Assembly: GCA_017438845.1 (NCBI GenBank)
Contig: JAFRUO010000020.1
Span: 5,349-69,348 of the forward strand
DNA from: Clostridia bacterium
GTDB lineage: Bacteria; Bacillota; Clostridia; Oscillospirales; Acutalibacteraceae
Direction: 5' to 3'
Length of the DNA: 64,000 nt
Under the pieces are notes generated by a model that saw only the letters and a list, made by a program, of their open reading frames with translations, made no database searches and was not told the origin of the DNA. The position numbers were made by a program, and so were the translations under genes. Shown in pieces: positions 1 to 7,907 of this stretch (position 1 is the first letter of the stretch; each line of letters opens with the position of its first letter).

Positions 1-8
1 CGGGCGAA

Positions 9-827
9 ATGGGTTGCGATTACTGCTTCGGTAATCTTTACGCCTGGTCGGAATACTACGGCAACACAATCGCCTCATACGACGGGTTGTTTCTTTCAAG
101 GGACAGCTCGGAAAGTGCTGACTATTACCTGTATCCCTGCGGTGAGGGCGACAAAAAGGGCGCTATTGAGGAGCTTATAAGAATCCATAACTGTGACGGT
201 AAAAAGCTTGAAATGTATTGCCTTACTCCCGAAAAGGTCAGGGAGCTTGACAGTATGTTCCCGAACAGATTTGAGTTCATTGAGCAAAGGGAGTTCTTTG
301 ATTATATTTATTTAAGCAGTGAGCTTATTTCGCTTCCGGGCCGCAAGCTTCACTCAAAGAGAAATCATATTTCCTTCTTTAAAAACAACTATAACTGGAG
401 CTATGAGAGAATCACTCCGGACAATATCTGCGACTGCTATGAGATGAACAAAAAGTGGGAAGCAATTAATTCCGAATATGCCGATGACGGGCTTGACGCA
501 GAGCTCACCGCAATTAAAAAAGCCTTTGCCAATTATGAGGAGCTTGAGTTTACCGGCGGACTTTTAAGGGTTGACGGCGAGGTGGTTGCCTACACCTTCG
601 GCGAAGCTATTAACAGCAAGGTATTCTGCACTCACTTTGAAAAGGCCTTTTATGATGTCAGAGGAGCTTATCCTATGATTAACCAACAGTTCTGTGAGAA
701 CGAGCTGAGCGCTTTTAAGTATATCAACAGAGAGGAAGACACGGGCGACGAGGGGCTCAGGCAGGCAAAAATGAGCTACCGTCCCGCAATCCTGCTTCCC
801 AAGTTTCTTGCGAGGTACAAGGGCTGA
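9..827 (+). CDS. DUF2156 (LPG-synthase C-terminal-like) domain protein; the frame stays open to the left window edge, so it is probably 5'-partial
   Basis: Long ORF with CFGNLYAWSEYY and HSKRNHISFFKNNY stretches, which I recall as typical of DUF2156 proteins. A GNAT gene follows 2 nt later. Confidence 0.55.
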   Translation: MGCDYCFGNLYAWSEYYGNTIASYDGLFLSRDSSESADYYLYPCGEGDKKGAIEELIRIHNCDGKKLEMYCLTPEKVRELDSMFPNRFEFIEQREFFDYIYLSSELISLPGRKLHSKRNHISFFKNNYNWSYERITPDNICDCYEMNKKWEAINSEYADDGLDAELTAIKKAFANYEELEFTGGLLRVDGEVVAYTFGEAINSKVFCTHFEKAFYDVRGAYPMINQQFCENELSAFKYINREEDTGDEGLRQAKMSYRPAILLPKFLARYKG

Positions 828-829
828 TT

Positions 830-1570
830 ATGATTTGTTCGGTTGCAAACAAGCAGGATAAGCCTGCGCTTTATTCGCTGTGGCAAAGCGCCTTCGGCGA
901 TGACAAAAAAACCGTCGACACTTTTTTTGAAAATGCCGTAAGCCTTGAAAACGCGCTTGTCGTCAGGAAAAACGGCGAGGCGGTTTCCGCACTTTATATA
1001 ATCCCGGCAAGGCTTTTTGTCAGCGGTAAAAGCTATAAAGCAGGCTATATTTATGCCGCCGCTACCTTTCCCGAGCACAGAAAAAAAGGATATATGAGCA
1101 AGCTCCTGGACTTTGCGCGTGAGCACGCCGAGCAAAACGGCTTCGACCTTCTGTTTTTAAAGCCCGACAGCGAGTATTTGTATAAATACTATGAAAAAAA
1201 CGGGTACAGGACGGCTTTGTACAGTTATCCGTTGACTTCTTTTGAAAATATTAATCCCGACAGGGCGATGATAGTCTGGGATAAGAATATTGAAATGCTT
1301 GACAGAAGCTTTTGCGGGGATGAAGCATTCCTCGGTGAGAGCGGATACGCAGTCTACAGTCGGGCAGAAGAGAAAATCATAATAGATTATTTTTCCTCGG
1401 CTCATCCTGACAGGTTGTTTGAAGAAATGAAGAATACGTTTCAGACAAAAAACATCTACGCACCGTTTTCGGACGATTTTGAAAAGAGAAAAAAAGAGGG
1501 AATGATACTCCCGATTAACAGTGAAATAAAATGTATAGATAATATTTATCTTGGAATAACATTGGAGTGA
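830..1570 (+). CDS. GNAT-family N-acetyltransferase
   Basis: ORF with an acetyl-CoA-binding-type segment PEHRKKGYMSKLLDFAREHAEQNGFDLLFL. Tightly packed with the flanking genes. Confidence 0.6.
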   Translation: MICSVANKQDKPALYSLWQSAFGDDKKTVDTFFENAVSLENALVVRKNGEAVSALYIIPARLFVSGKSYKAGYIYAAATFPEHRKKGYMSKLLDFAREHAEQNGFDLLFLKPDSEYLYKYYEKNGYRTALYSYPLTSFENINPDRAMIVWDKNIEMLDRSFCGDEAFLGESGYAVYSRAEEKIIIDYFSSAHPDRLFEEMKNTFQTKNIYAPFSDDFEKRKKEGMILPINSEIKCIDNIYLGITLE

Positions 1571-1575
1571 TAAGA

Positions 1576-2115
1576 ATGATTTATATGTTTTTGGCAGAGG
1601 GCTTTGAAGAGGTTGAGGCTCTGGCTCCGCTTGATATACTCAGACGGGCGGGAATGGAGATCAGGACCGTAGGCGTCGGCGACAACTTTATCAGGGGTTC
1701 GCACGGCGTAACGGTGGTCTGCGACCTTTCAACGACCGGACTTGAGGTTCCCGATTTTATTGACGCCGTTATCCTTCCGGGCGGAATGCCGGGTACGGTC
1801 AACCTTGAAAAGAACAGGACCGTTCAGGCGTTTATTGATGCCGCTTATGAAAGAAACGAATACCTCTGTGCAATCTGCGCCGCCCCGTCAATACTCGGCC
1901 ATAAGGGGTACCTCAGCGGCAGGCAGGCAATCTGTTTCCCGGGCTATGAGGAAGAGCTTGAGGGTGCAGTTATTTCCGAAAAAAGCGTTGTCAGAGACGG
2001 CAAATTTATTACCGCCAAGGGTATGGGCGTGGCTACGCAATTCGGTCTTGAAATTGTTGCCGCTCTGCTCGGCAGGGAAAAGGCTGACAGCATAAAAAGA
2101 CAGATTCAGGCTTAA
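1576..2115 (+). CDS. DJ-1/PfpI (ThiJ) family protein
   Basis: LAEGFEEVEALAPLDILRRAG N-terminus and an AICAAP nucleophile elbow. GGAG lies 8 nt upstream of ATG 1576; the track start at 1567 is a GTG overlapping the upstream stop. Confidence 0.8.
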   Translation: MIYMFLAEGFEEVEALAPLDILRRAGMEIRTVGVGDNFIRGSHGVTVVCDLSTTGLEVPDFIDAVILPGGMPGTVNLEKNRTVQAFIDAAYERNEYLCAICAAPSILGHKGYLSGRQAICFPGYEEELEGAVISEKSVVRDGKFITAKGMGVATQFGLEIVAALLGREKADSIKRQIQA

Positions 2116-2116
2116 A

Positions 2117-2710
2117 ATGTCCGACCTTGCTTATGAAAAGGAGCTGCTTCGTCGGCAGGCTTTAAACTACAGAAAAGCTCTTTCGGCAGATGAAAAAGCG
2201 ACCTTTGACAAAAAAATTGAAAATAAATTGCTAAATATGTGGCAATATTTGCAATCTGATGTTATACTAATATATGCGTCGACCTCGATTGAGGTTGATA
2301 CGTTCGGAATTATCAGGCACGCATTGGAGGAAAATAAGAAGGTTTTTTTGCCAAGATGCAACTATTCCGACATCAGCCTGAGCTTTTACAGGGTGTCGGA
2401 TACTGCTTCGCTTACCGAAAGACAGTACGGTATTCTTGAACCCGAAGAGAGTGAAGAGGGCTTGTATAAGCCCGTCGAGAAGGCTCTTTGCATAGTACCC
2501 GGACTTGTCTTTTCGGACTGCGGCAACCGAATCGGATACGGAAAAGGCTATTATGACCGCTTCCTGGCAGGCTTTCCTTATGATACAGTGGGGCTTTGCT
2601 ACCGGGAAAACGTACTTTCGGCAGTGCCGAGTGACAGCTTTGATGTAACAATTAAAACGTTAATTACACAAAATGAGATAATATCAACAAGCATGAAGGG
2701 AGGCATTTGA
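2117..2710 (+). CDS. 5-formyltetrahydrofolate cyclo-ligase
   Basis: About 197 aa with a C-terminal GYGKGYYDRFL motif characteristic of the MTHFS family. Confidence 0.8.
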   Translation: MSDLAYEKELLRRQALNYRKALSADEKATFDKKIENKLLNMWQYLQSDVILIYASTSIEVDTFGIIRHALEENKKVFLPRCNYSDISLSFYRVSDTASLTERQYGILEPEESEEGLYKPVEKALCIVPGLVFSDCGNRIGYGKGYYDRFLAGFPYDTVGLCYRENVLSAVPSDSFDVTIKTLITQNEIISTSMKGGI

Positions 2711-2711
2711 T

Positions 2712-4205
2712 TTGAGTAATGACGATTACAGAAGAACAAGCGACGACGCGTACGATGATTTAATGGACTCATACTTTAATCAGGGCAGATCCAAAGGGAC
2801 AAACCGTGCGTCGGGCTCCTCAAACCAAAAGCCGTTTAAACTGAATATTAAGGATCTTGACAGTGAGTTTAACACGGGCTCCTCGGGCAAAAATAGCTCG
2901 CAGCCGGTTAAGCGTTACACTCCCGTTAACAGTTCAAGGTCGAACACATCAAGGTCCGGTTCTTCCGGCAGACAGCCCGTGAAAAAGACTGCCGCCAAAG
3001 GCTCCTCGTCAAAGGGCGCTTCCGTCGGAGGCGCGCAAATTTCAAAAAGGGGCAGCGGAGCAATTATTGCGAAAAAGAACAGGCGTAAGCCGAAGTTTAA
3101 CTTAAAGCAGTATCTTCTGAAAAAGAAGACGGCTATAATTGTTTTCCTTATCTGCGTTGCGGTTGCGGTTTCGATTTCCACATACACCCTCAGCTGTGTA
3201 AACGACATTCTTGCAATGAACAGAGATTCCGAGCAGGTCATAATCGTAAACCTTCCCGCTGAGGTTGATACAAATAAGGCAATCGACATCTTAAAGGACA
3301 ACAAGCTTATAAAGCATCCCGAATTTTGTAAGGTTTTCGCTAAATTTATGAAATACAGAGACGATAACTACCTTACGGGTCTTTATTATCTTACGGAGTC
3401 GATGGGCCTTGAAAATATGCTCGCCTCGTTCAAAAGGCCGACAAATACGGGAGAAACGGTATACCTTACCTTCCCCGAGGGCTATAACGTAAACCAGATT
3501 GCCGAAAAGCTTGAAAAATACGGCGTGTGCTCTGCACAGAATTTCTATACCACAATTGAGCAGATCGACTTCAGCTCCGAGTATTCCTTCGTTAAAAATG
3601 TTGATCGAGCTCAGGACAGATACAAGATTCTTGAAGGCTACCTTTATCCCGACACCTACGAGTTCTATCTCAACGAGAACCCTGCGGCGGTAGTCAGAAA
3701 GTTTTTAAACAACTTCAAGGACAAGTGGACTGACGAGTATCAGGCACAGGCTGACAAGCTCGGAATGAGTATGGACGATGTTATCACGCTTGCCTCCATC
3801 ATTGAAAAGGAAGCGTACGGCGACGAGCAGATGGCTCAGGTTTCGTCGGTACTTCACAACCGATTAAACAATTCGGGTCTTTACCCGAGACTTGAGTGTG
3901 ACTCGACAAACAAGTATGTTGAAGAGTATATTTCCAAAAATGTACAGGACGCCGTAACTCTCAGCAGGCTTACTCAGAATTACAGCACCTATAAGTGTCA
4001 GGGACTTCCCGTCGGCGCTATCTGTAACCCGGGCGATGCGGCAATTCAGGCGGCTCTTAAGCCTGCCGATACAGGTTATTATTTCTTCTCGCATGACAAG
4101 AATCACAAGATTTATCTTGCCGCCAACGACTCGGAAAGACGTGCAAACGACAGGCTAAGAGCCAATGCCGACGCAGCCAGCGGCGACGACAACAACGTAG
4201 AATAA
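2712..4205 (+). CDS. mltG: Endolytic murein transglycosylase MltG (YceG-like) with a long Ser/Lys-rich N-terminal cytoplasmic region and one TM helix
   Basis: YLYPDTYEF and ASIIEKEA motifs of the YceG domain. TTG start 9 nt after GGGAGG. Confidence 0.85.
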   Translation: MSNDDYRRTSDDAYDDLMDSYFNQGRSKGTNRASGSSNQKPFKLNIKDLDSEFNTGSSGKNSSQPVKRYTPVNSSRSNTSRSGSSGRQPVKKTAAKGSSSKGASVGGAQISKRGSGAIIAKKNRRKPKFNLKQYLLKKKTAIIVFLICVAVAVSISTYTLSCVNDILAMNRDSEQVIIVNLPAEVDTNKAIDILKDNKLIKHPEFCKVFAKFMKYRDDNYLTGLYYLTESMGLENMLASFKRPTNTGETVYLTFPEGYNVNQIAEKLEKYGVCSAQNFYTTIEQIDFSSEYSFVKNVDRAQDRYKILEGYLYPDTYEFYLNENPAAVVRKFLNNFKDKWTDEYQAQADKLGMSMDDVITLASIIEKEAYGDEQMAQVSSVLHNRLNNSGLYPRLECDSTNKYVEEYISKNVQDAVTLSRLTQNYSTYKCQGLPVGAICNPGDAAIQAALKPADTGYYFFSHDKNHKIYLAANDSERRANDRLRANADAASGDDNNVE

Positions 4206-4209
4206 TCAA

Positions 4210-4240
4210 AAAGCGGAGTGTTGATTTGCTCCGCTTTATT
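4210..4240 (+). terminator. Probable intrinsic terminator after mltG
   Basis: AAAGCGGAG / CTCCGCTTT 9-bp stem followed by TTTATT. The T-tract is weak. Confidence 0.45.
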
Positions 4241-4259
4241 ATTGAAGCAGGAGATCAAT

Positions 4260-5483
4260 ATGATAAAAAGACCTGAGCTTTTAGCGCCTGCAGGCGACAG
4301 GGAGCGTTTTGACAGTGCGCTTGCCGCAGGAGCTGACGCAATATATGTAGGCAGCACCATGTTTTCAATGAGAGCGGCGCCGAAGAATTTCGACTTCGAT
4401 GAGCTTTCACAAATATGCAGTCTGTCACACGAAAAGGGCGTAAAAATATATCTTACGCTGAACACCCTTCCGAAAAACAGCGAGGTGGCGCTTCTTCCCG
4501 AATATATCAAAAGCTCAGCCGCGGCAGGGGTTGACGCCTTTATTGTTGCCGATGTCGGCGTTATGAGCCTTTGCAAAAAATATGCCCCCGAGGTTGACGT
4601 GCATATTTCCACTCAGGCAGGCGTGGTAAATTACCTTACAGCCAATGAGTTTTACAATCTCGGAGCAAAAAGAATAGTTACTGCGCGGGAGCTTTCGCTT
4701 GAGGATATTGCCGAAATGAGAGCCAAAACCCCGAAGGAGCTTGAGATTGAATGTTTTGTTCACGGTGCGATGTGCGTTTCGTTTTCGGGGAGATGCCTTA
4801 TTTCAAACTACCTGCTCGGACGCGACGCCAACCGCGGAGAGTGCGCCCAGCCCTGCCGTTGGGAATACTACCTTATGCAGAAGGACAGGCAGGGGAATTA
4901 CTTCCCGATTGACCAGAATAATAACGGCACATATATACTTAATTCAAAGGATATGTGTATGATTGAGCATATCGCCGACCTCGTAAAGGCGGGAGTTGAT
5001 TCTTTTAAAATAGAAGGACGGGCAAAGTCAGCTTACTATACCGCTGTAATCACCAATGCATACAGAATGGCGATTGACGGCTATCTTGAAAACCCGAGCG
5101 ACAGCTATGTGCCAGAGCAGTGGATAATTGATGAAACCCGAAAGGTAAGCTACCGTGAATACGGCACGGGCTTTTACTACGAAGCTCCGTCCGTTAATGC
5201 CAATGTTTCTTACGAGGGCGGTTACCGCAGGGAATGGGACGTTATGGCAGTCGTTGAAAAATGCGAGGACGGCTGTATTTGTGCCGAACAGAGAAACAAG
5301 TTTTGCGTCGGTGACGAGCTTGAGGCGCTGACCTTCGGCGAAAAACCGCAAAGCTTTACCGTTTCGGAGCTTCTTGACGCCGACGGCAACCCGATTGAGA
5401 GCGCGCCGCACCCGATGATGAAGCTTAAAATCAAATCGGAGCTTAACCTTAAGCCCGGAACACTGCTCAGGAAGCAGTCATAA
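4260..5483 (+). CDS. Peptidase U32 family protein (collagenase-like)
   Basis: N-terminus MIKRPELLAPAGD and CxxxC-containing core (GECAQPCRWEY) typical of U32. AGGAG upstream of ATG 4260; the track start at 4218 lies inside the terminator hairpin. Confidence 0.8.
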   Translation: MIKRPELLAPAGDRERFDSALAAGADAIYVGSTMFSMRAAPKNFDFDELSQICSLSHEKGVKIYLTLNTLPKNSEVALLPEYIKSSAAAGVDAFIVADVGVMSLCKKYAPEVDVHISTQAGVVNYLTANEFYNLGAKRIVTARELSLEDIAEMRAKTPKELEIECFVHGAMCVSFSGRCLISNYLLGRDANRGECAQPCRWEYYLMQKDRQGNYFPIDQNNNGTYILNSKDMCMIEHIADLVKAGVDSFKIEGRAKSAYYTAVITNAYRMAIDGYLENPSDSYVPEQWIIDETRKVSYREYGTGFYYEAPSVNANVSYEGGYRREWDVMAVVEKCEDGCICAEQRNKFCVGDELEALTFGEKPQSFTVSELLDADGNPIESAPHPMMKLKIKSELNLKPGTLLRKQS

Positions 5484-5499
5484 AATTTATAAAAGCACA

Positions 5500-5532
5500 A
5501 CCTCTGTCAATAATATGACAGAGGTGTTTTTT
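5500..5532 (+). terminator. Intrinsic terminator after the U32 gene, overlapping the PBP ribosome-binding site
   Basis: 10-bp stem AACCTCTGTCA / TGACAGAGGT, loop ATAATA, then a T6 run ending 1 nt before ATG 5533. Confidence 0.6.
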
Positions 5533-7122
5533 ATGTATAAAAGGTCGGCATATCTTTTCTTCTTGCTCTGCTTTGTGCTCGGAATAATGTGCACGCGGCT
5601 TGCGCTTATCGGCCAAGGGCTTGTGCAAAGCGCGGCAGGCATGAGCAATTCCGTGTCCGTTACCGCAGACAGCTCACGGGGTATGATATACGACCGTAAT
5701 ATGAAGCCGCTTGTAAACTCCGAAAGGAAGAAATACATTGCCGTAAAGCCTGATGTTCAGGCGTATGAGGAAAACAAAAAATATATACCCGAAGCCGAAA
5801 GACAGCTTGTATTTGAGGAGATTTCCTCGGGCAGAATCGGAATCAGCGAAGCAGTAAACGCCGCCGACAACGAAGAAAATCTTCTGTTTGAAAAGCTGAT
5901 AAGATACCCGTCGGAAGGCTTCTGCGCGCACCTTATAGGCTATACCGATTCGAGCGGTCACGGAGTCAGCGGACTCGAAAAATACTACGACGAAATACTT
6001 TCACGAAACGGCGGAAGCATAAAAATAATATGCAGTGTGGACGCGCGTCGAAATCCGCTGAAGGGTGAAAAAATGAAATACGAAAGCGACGGTTACGCCT
6101 CTGCGGCAGGCATAAGCGTAACAATCGACACTGATGCCCAGACAGTAGCCGAGAAAGCGGCGGCCCAATACGGACTCGACAGGGGAGCAATAGTGATACT
6201 GACTGTTGACAGCAGTGAAATACTGGCTTTGGTCAGCACGCCCTGCTTTGACCGAAATAATATAGCCGAAAGTCTTGAAGACCCCTCGTCGCCGTTTGTC
6301 AACCGTGCTGTCACCCCTTACAGCGTGGGCTCCGTGTTTAAGGCGGCGGTTGCCTGCGCCGCCGTGGAGAGTGGAGTACCCGAAGGTCTTTTATATAACT
6401 GTACGGGCGAATATACAATCGGGGAAAACAGCTTCGGTTGTCACAAAAAGGACGGGCACGGCGAGCTTGATATGCAGGGAGCGATGACGGTTTCGTGTAA
6501 TCCGTATTTTATAAACCTTGCCGAAACCGTCGGTAAAGAAAGTATATGTGAAACAGGTCGAAAGCTTGGGCTCGGCAAAAGAATCGAGCTTTGCGACGGC
6601 TGGTATACACCGTCGGGAATAATGCCCGATGAAGCCGAGCTTGTTTCACGGCAGGACCTTGCAAACCTCGCCTTCGGGCAGGGCAGGTTGCTGGCTTCTC
6701 CTCTGCAAATGGCAGCATTGTATGCGGCAATCGCCAACGAAGGGGTATACCGCCGTCCGAGCCTTATGAAGGGAATAATAAATGAAAACGGCGAAACGGT
6801 AATGGCGGCGGAGCTTCCTGCGCCGAGAAGGGTGATGAAAAAGGAAACCGCCGAAGCGGTAGGCAGAATGCTTTTTGCAACGGTAAATGACGGAAGCTCG
6901 GGAAAGGCAAAGCCCGAAAGCAAAACCGCCGCAGGCAAAACCGCAACGGCTCAGTCGGGTCAGTTCAAGGAAAACGGAGAAGAGATAATCAGGTCGTGGT
7001 TTTGCGGATATTTCCCTTATGAAAGCCCGAAATACGCCGTGGCAATTCTTAAAGAGGACGGCAGGGGAGGCACCGCCGACTGCGCTCCGATTTTTAAATA
7101 TATCGCCGACAATCTGGAGTAA
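5533..7122 (+). CDS. Class B penicillin-binding protein (PBP2/FtsI/SpoVD-like transpeptidase)
   Basis: N-terminal TM helix, SxxK (SVFK), SxN (SCN) and a third box reading KTA. GAGGTG lies 6 nt before ATG 5533; the track start at 5515 has no SD. Confidence 0.8.
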   Translation: MYKRSAYLFFLLCFVLGIMCTRLALIGQGLVQSAAGMSNSVSVTADSSRGMIYDRNMKPLVNSERKKYIAVKPDVQAYEENKKYIPEAERQLVFEEISSGRIGISEAVNAADNEENLLFEKLIRYPSEGFCAHLIGYTDSSGHGVSGLEKYYDEILSRNGGSIKIICSVDARRNPLKGEKMKYESDGYASAAGISVTIDTDAQTVAEKAAAQYGLDRGAIVILTVDSSEILALVSTPCFDRNNIAESLEDPSSPFVNRAVTPYSVGSVFKAAVACAAVESGVPEGLLYNCTGEYTIGENSFGCHKKDGHGELDMQGAMTVSCNPYFINLAETVGKESICETGRKLGLGKRIELCDGWYTPSGIMPDEAELVSRQDLANLAFGQGRLLASPLQMAALYAAIANEGVYRRPSLMKGIINENGETVMAAELPAPRRVMKKETAEAVGRMLFATVNDGSSGKAKPESKTAAGKTATAQSGQFKENGEEIIRSWFCGYFPYESPKYAVAILKEDGRGGTADCAPIFKYIADNLE

Positions 7123-7130
7123 TGAAAACG

Positions 7131-7210
7131 AATATTGAAAAATAAAAAAAGCATACTGAAAAATAAAAAAGTATACTGAAAAATAAAAAAGTATACTGAA
7201 AAATAAAAAT
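7131..7210. repeat. Four tandem copies of a 20-bp A-rich unit (GTATACTGAAAAATAAAAAA)
   Basis: Direct reading gives units at 7131-7150, 7151-7170, 7171-7190 and 7191-7210. The last three are nearly identical. Confidence 0.9.
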
Positions 7211-7640
7211 GAATAATTGCGTATGGGCGACCGGCGGTCGCTCGAAAGCCTCCCCTGTGTAAGGGGAGGTGTTTTTTTGCCAAAGCAAAAAGACGGAGGG
7301 GTAGTAAACTGTTATAATGAATACTTAAAACTGAAAACTTAAAAATGAATAATGACCGTAGGGGACGGCGTCCCGACGTCCCGAGGGAATTATATTAAAT
7401 ATCACAATTAACACCAAAGAAGCACGTATTATCCTCAACATCGAATCGTAGGGACGAACATTGTTCGTCCGCACGCCTTCCCCTTGAGGTGACTCCCTTG
7501 TTAAGGGAGATGTCTGCGTAGCAGACAGAGGGTTTCCCGTTTTCGGAGAAAAAAGGTGCCGAATGTAATGAGGCGGATGAGGTGTAATAAAACAGCATCA
7601 AACCTATGTTGGCGACCTGCGGTCGCCCTAAAGTCACGCT
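7211..7640. repeat. Mosaic of GC-rich palindromic units, dispersed repeat family copy 1
   Basis: Hairpins GGGCGACC..GGTCGC (7224-7243), GGGACGAAC-ATTG-TTCGTCC (7451-7470) and GGCGACC-TGC-GGTCGCC (7611-7627). Segments 7432-7473 and 7475-7605 recur at 35139-35179 and 35554-35685. Confidence 0.85.
7249..7278 (+). terminator. Intrinsic terminator (likely end of the PBP transcript) embedded in the repeat mosaic
   Basis: CCTCCCCT / AGGGGAGG 8-bp stem, 5-nt loop, then TGTTTTTTT. Confidence 0.6.
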
Positions 7641-7687
7641 TTAAAGCTTAAAAGTGATAATGTCTTAAATTATTTTTGCGAAAAAGG

Positions 7688-7716
7688 TTGACAAAGTCAC
7701 AACATGGTGTTAAGAT
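7688..7716 (+). promoter_or_regulatory. Sigma-A-type promoter of the aro operon leader
   Basis: TTGACA (7688-7693), 17-nt spacer, TGt-TAAGAT extended -10 (7711-7716). Confidence 0.6.
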
Positions 7717-7743
7717 TATTTCAACAAAAATTCGGAGCAGCTT

Positions 7744-7827
7744 ATGAAATCTTTACTTTTTACAGCTGAATACTTCTACTTTTACTTTATCAACTATTTT
7801 GGTAGGGTCTTGCAAGTTTCGCTGTAA
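7744..7827 (+). CDS. Candidate leader peptide MKSLLFTAEYFYFYFINYFGRVLQVSL (27 aa, 4 Tyr + 5 Phe)
   Basis: GGAG (7734-7737) lies 6 nt before the ATG. The YFYFYF run plus YF sit upstream of a terminator and of an operon making Tyr and Phe. Below the ORF-track size cutoff. Confidence 0.55.
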   Translation: MKSLLFTAEYFYFYFINYFGRVLQVSL

Positions 7828-7857
7828 CAAGGTAAACTGAGTTTTGTGTAAGTTTAT

Positions 7858-7892
7858 ACCTCGCAGTGAAATTTGCTGCGAGGTCTTTTTTA
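7858..7892 (+). terminator. Leader (attenuator) intrinsic terminator upstream of aroF
   Basis: ACCTCGCAG (7858-7866) / CTGCGAGGT (7876-7884) 9-bp stem, 9-nt loop, then CTTTTTTA. The aroF SD AGGAAGG follows. Confidence 0.7.
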
Positions 7893-7907
7893 TAGGAAGG
7901 TGAAATT

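Noticed and set aside
7131-7210. Possible CRISPR array
   Set aside because: The units are directly abutting 20-bp A-rich repeats with no spacers and no cas genes anywhere in the window. It is a simple tandem repeat.
7395-7637. 80-aa minus-strand ORF (and its counterpart 35533..35730, 65 aa) lying in the repeat mosaics
   Set aside because: The two DNA copies are nearly identical, but a 1-nt indel puts the shared segment in different reading frames. There is no SD. The sequence is a string of GC-rich palindromes. Conservation is at the nucleotide level, so I treat it as a noncoding repeat.
7717-7907. T-box or other known riboswitch upstream of aroF
   Set aside because: The leader is only ~190 nt. 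It lacks a T-box sequence (no AANNNGGGTGGTACCGCG-like box), a specifier-loop architecture or any riboswitch core I recognise. The short Tyr/Phe ORF explains it better.
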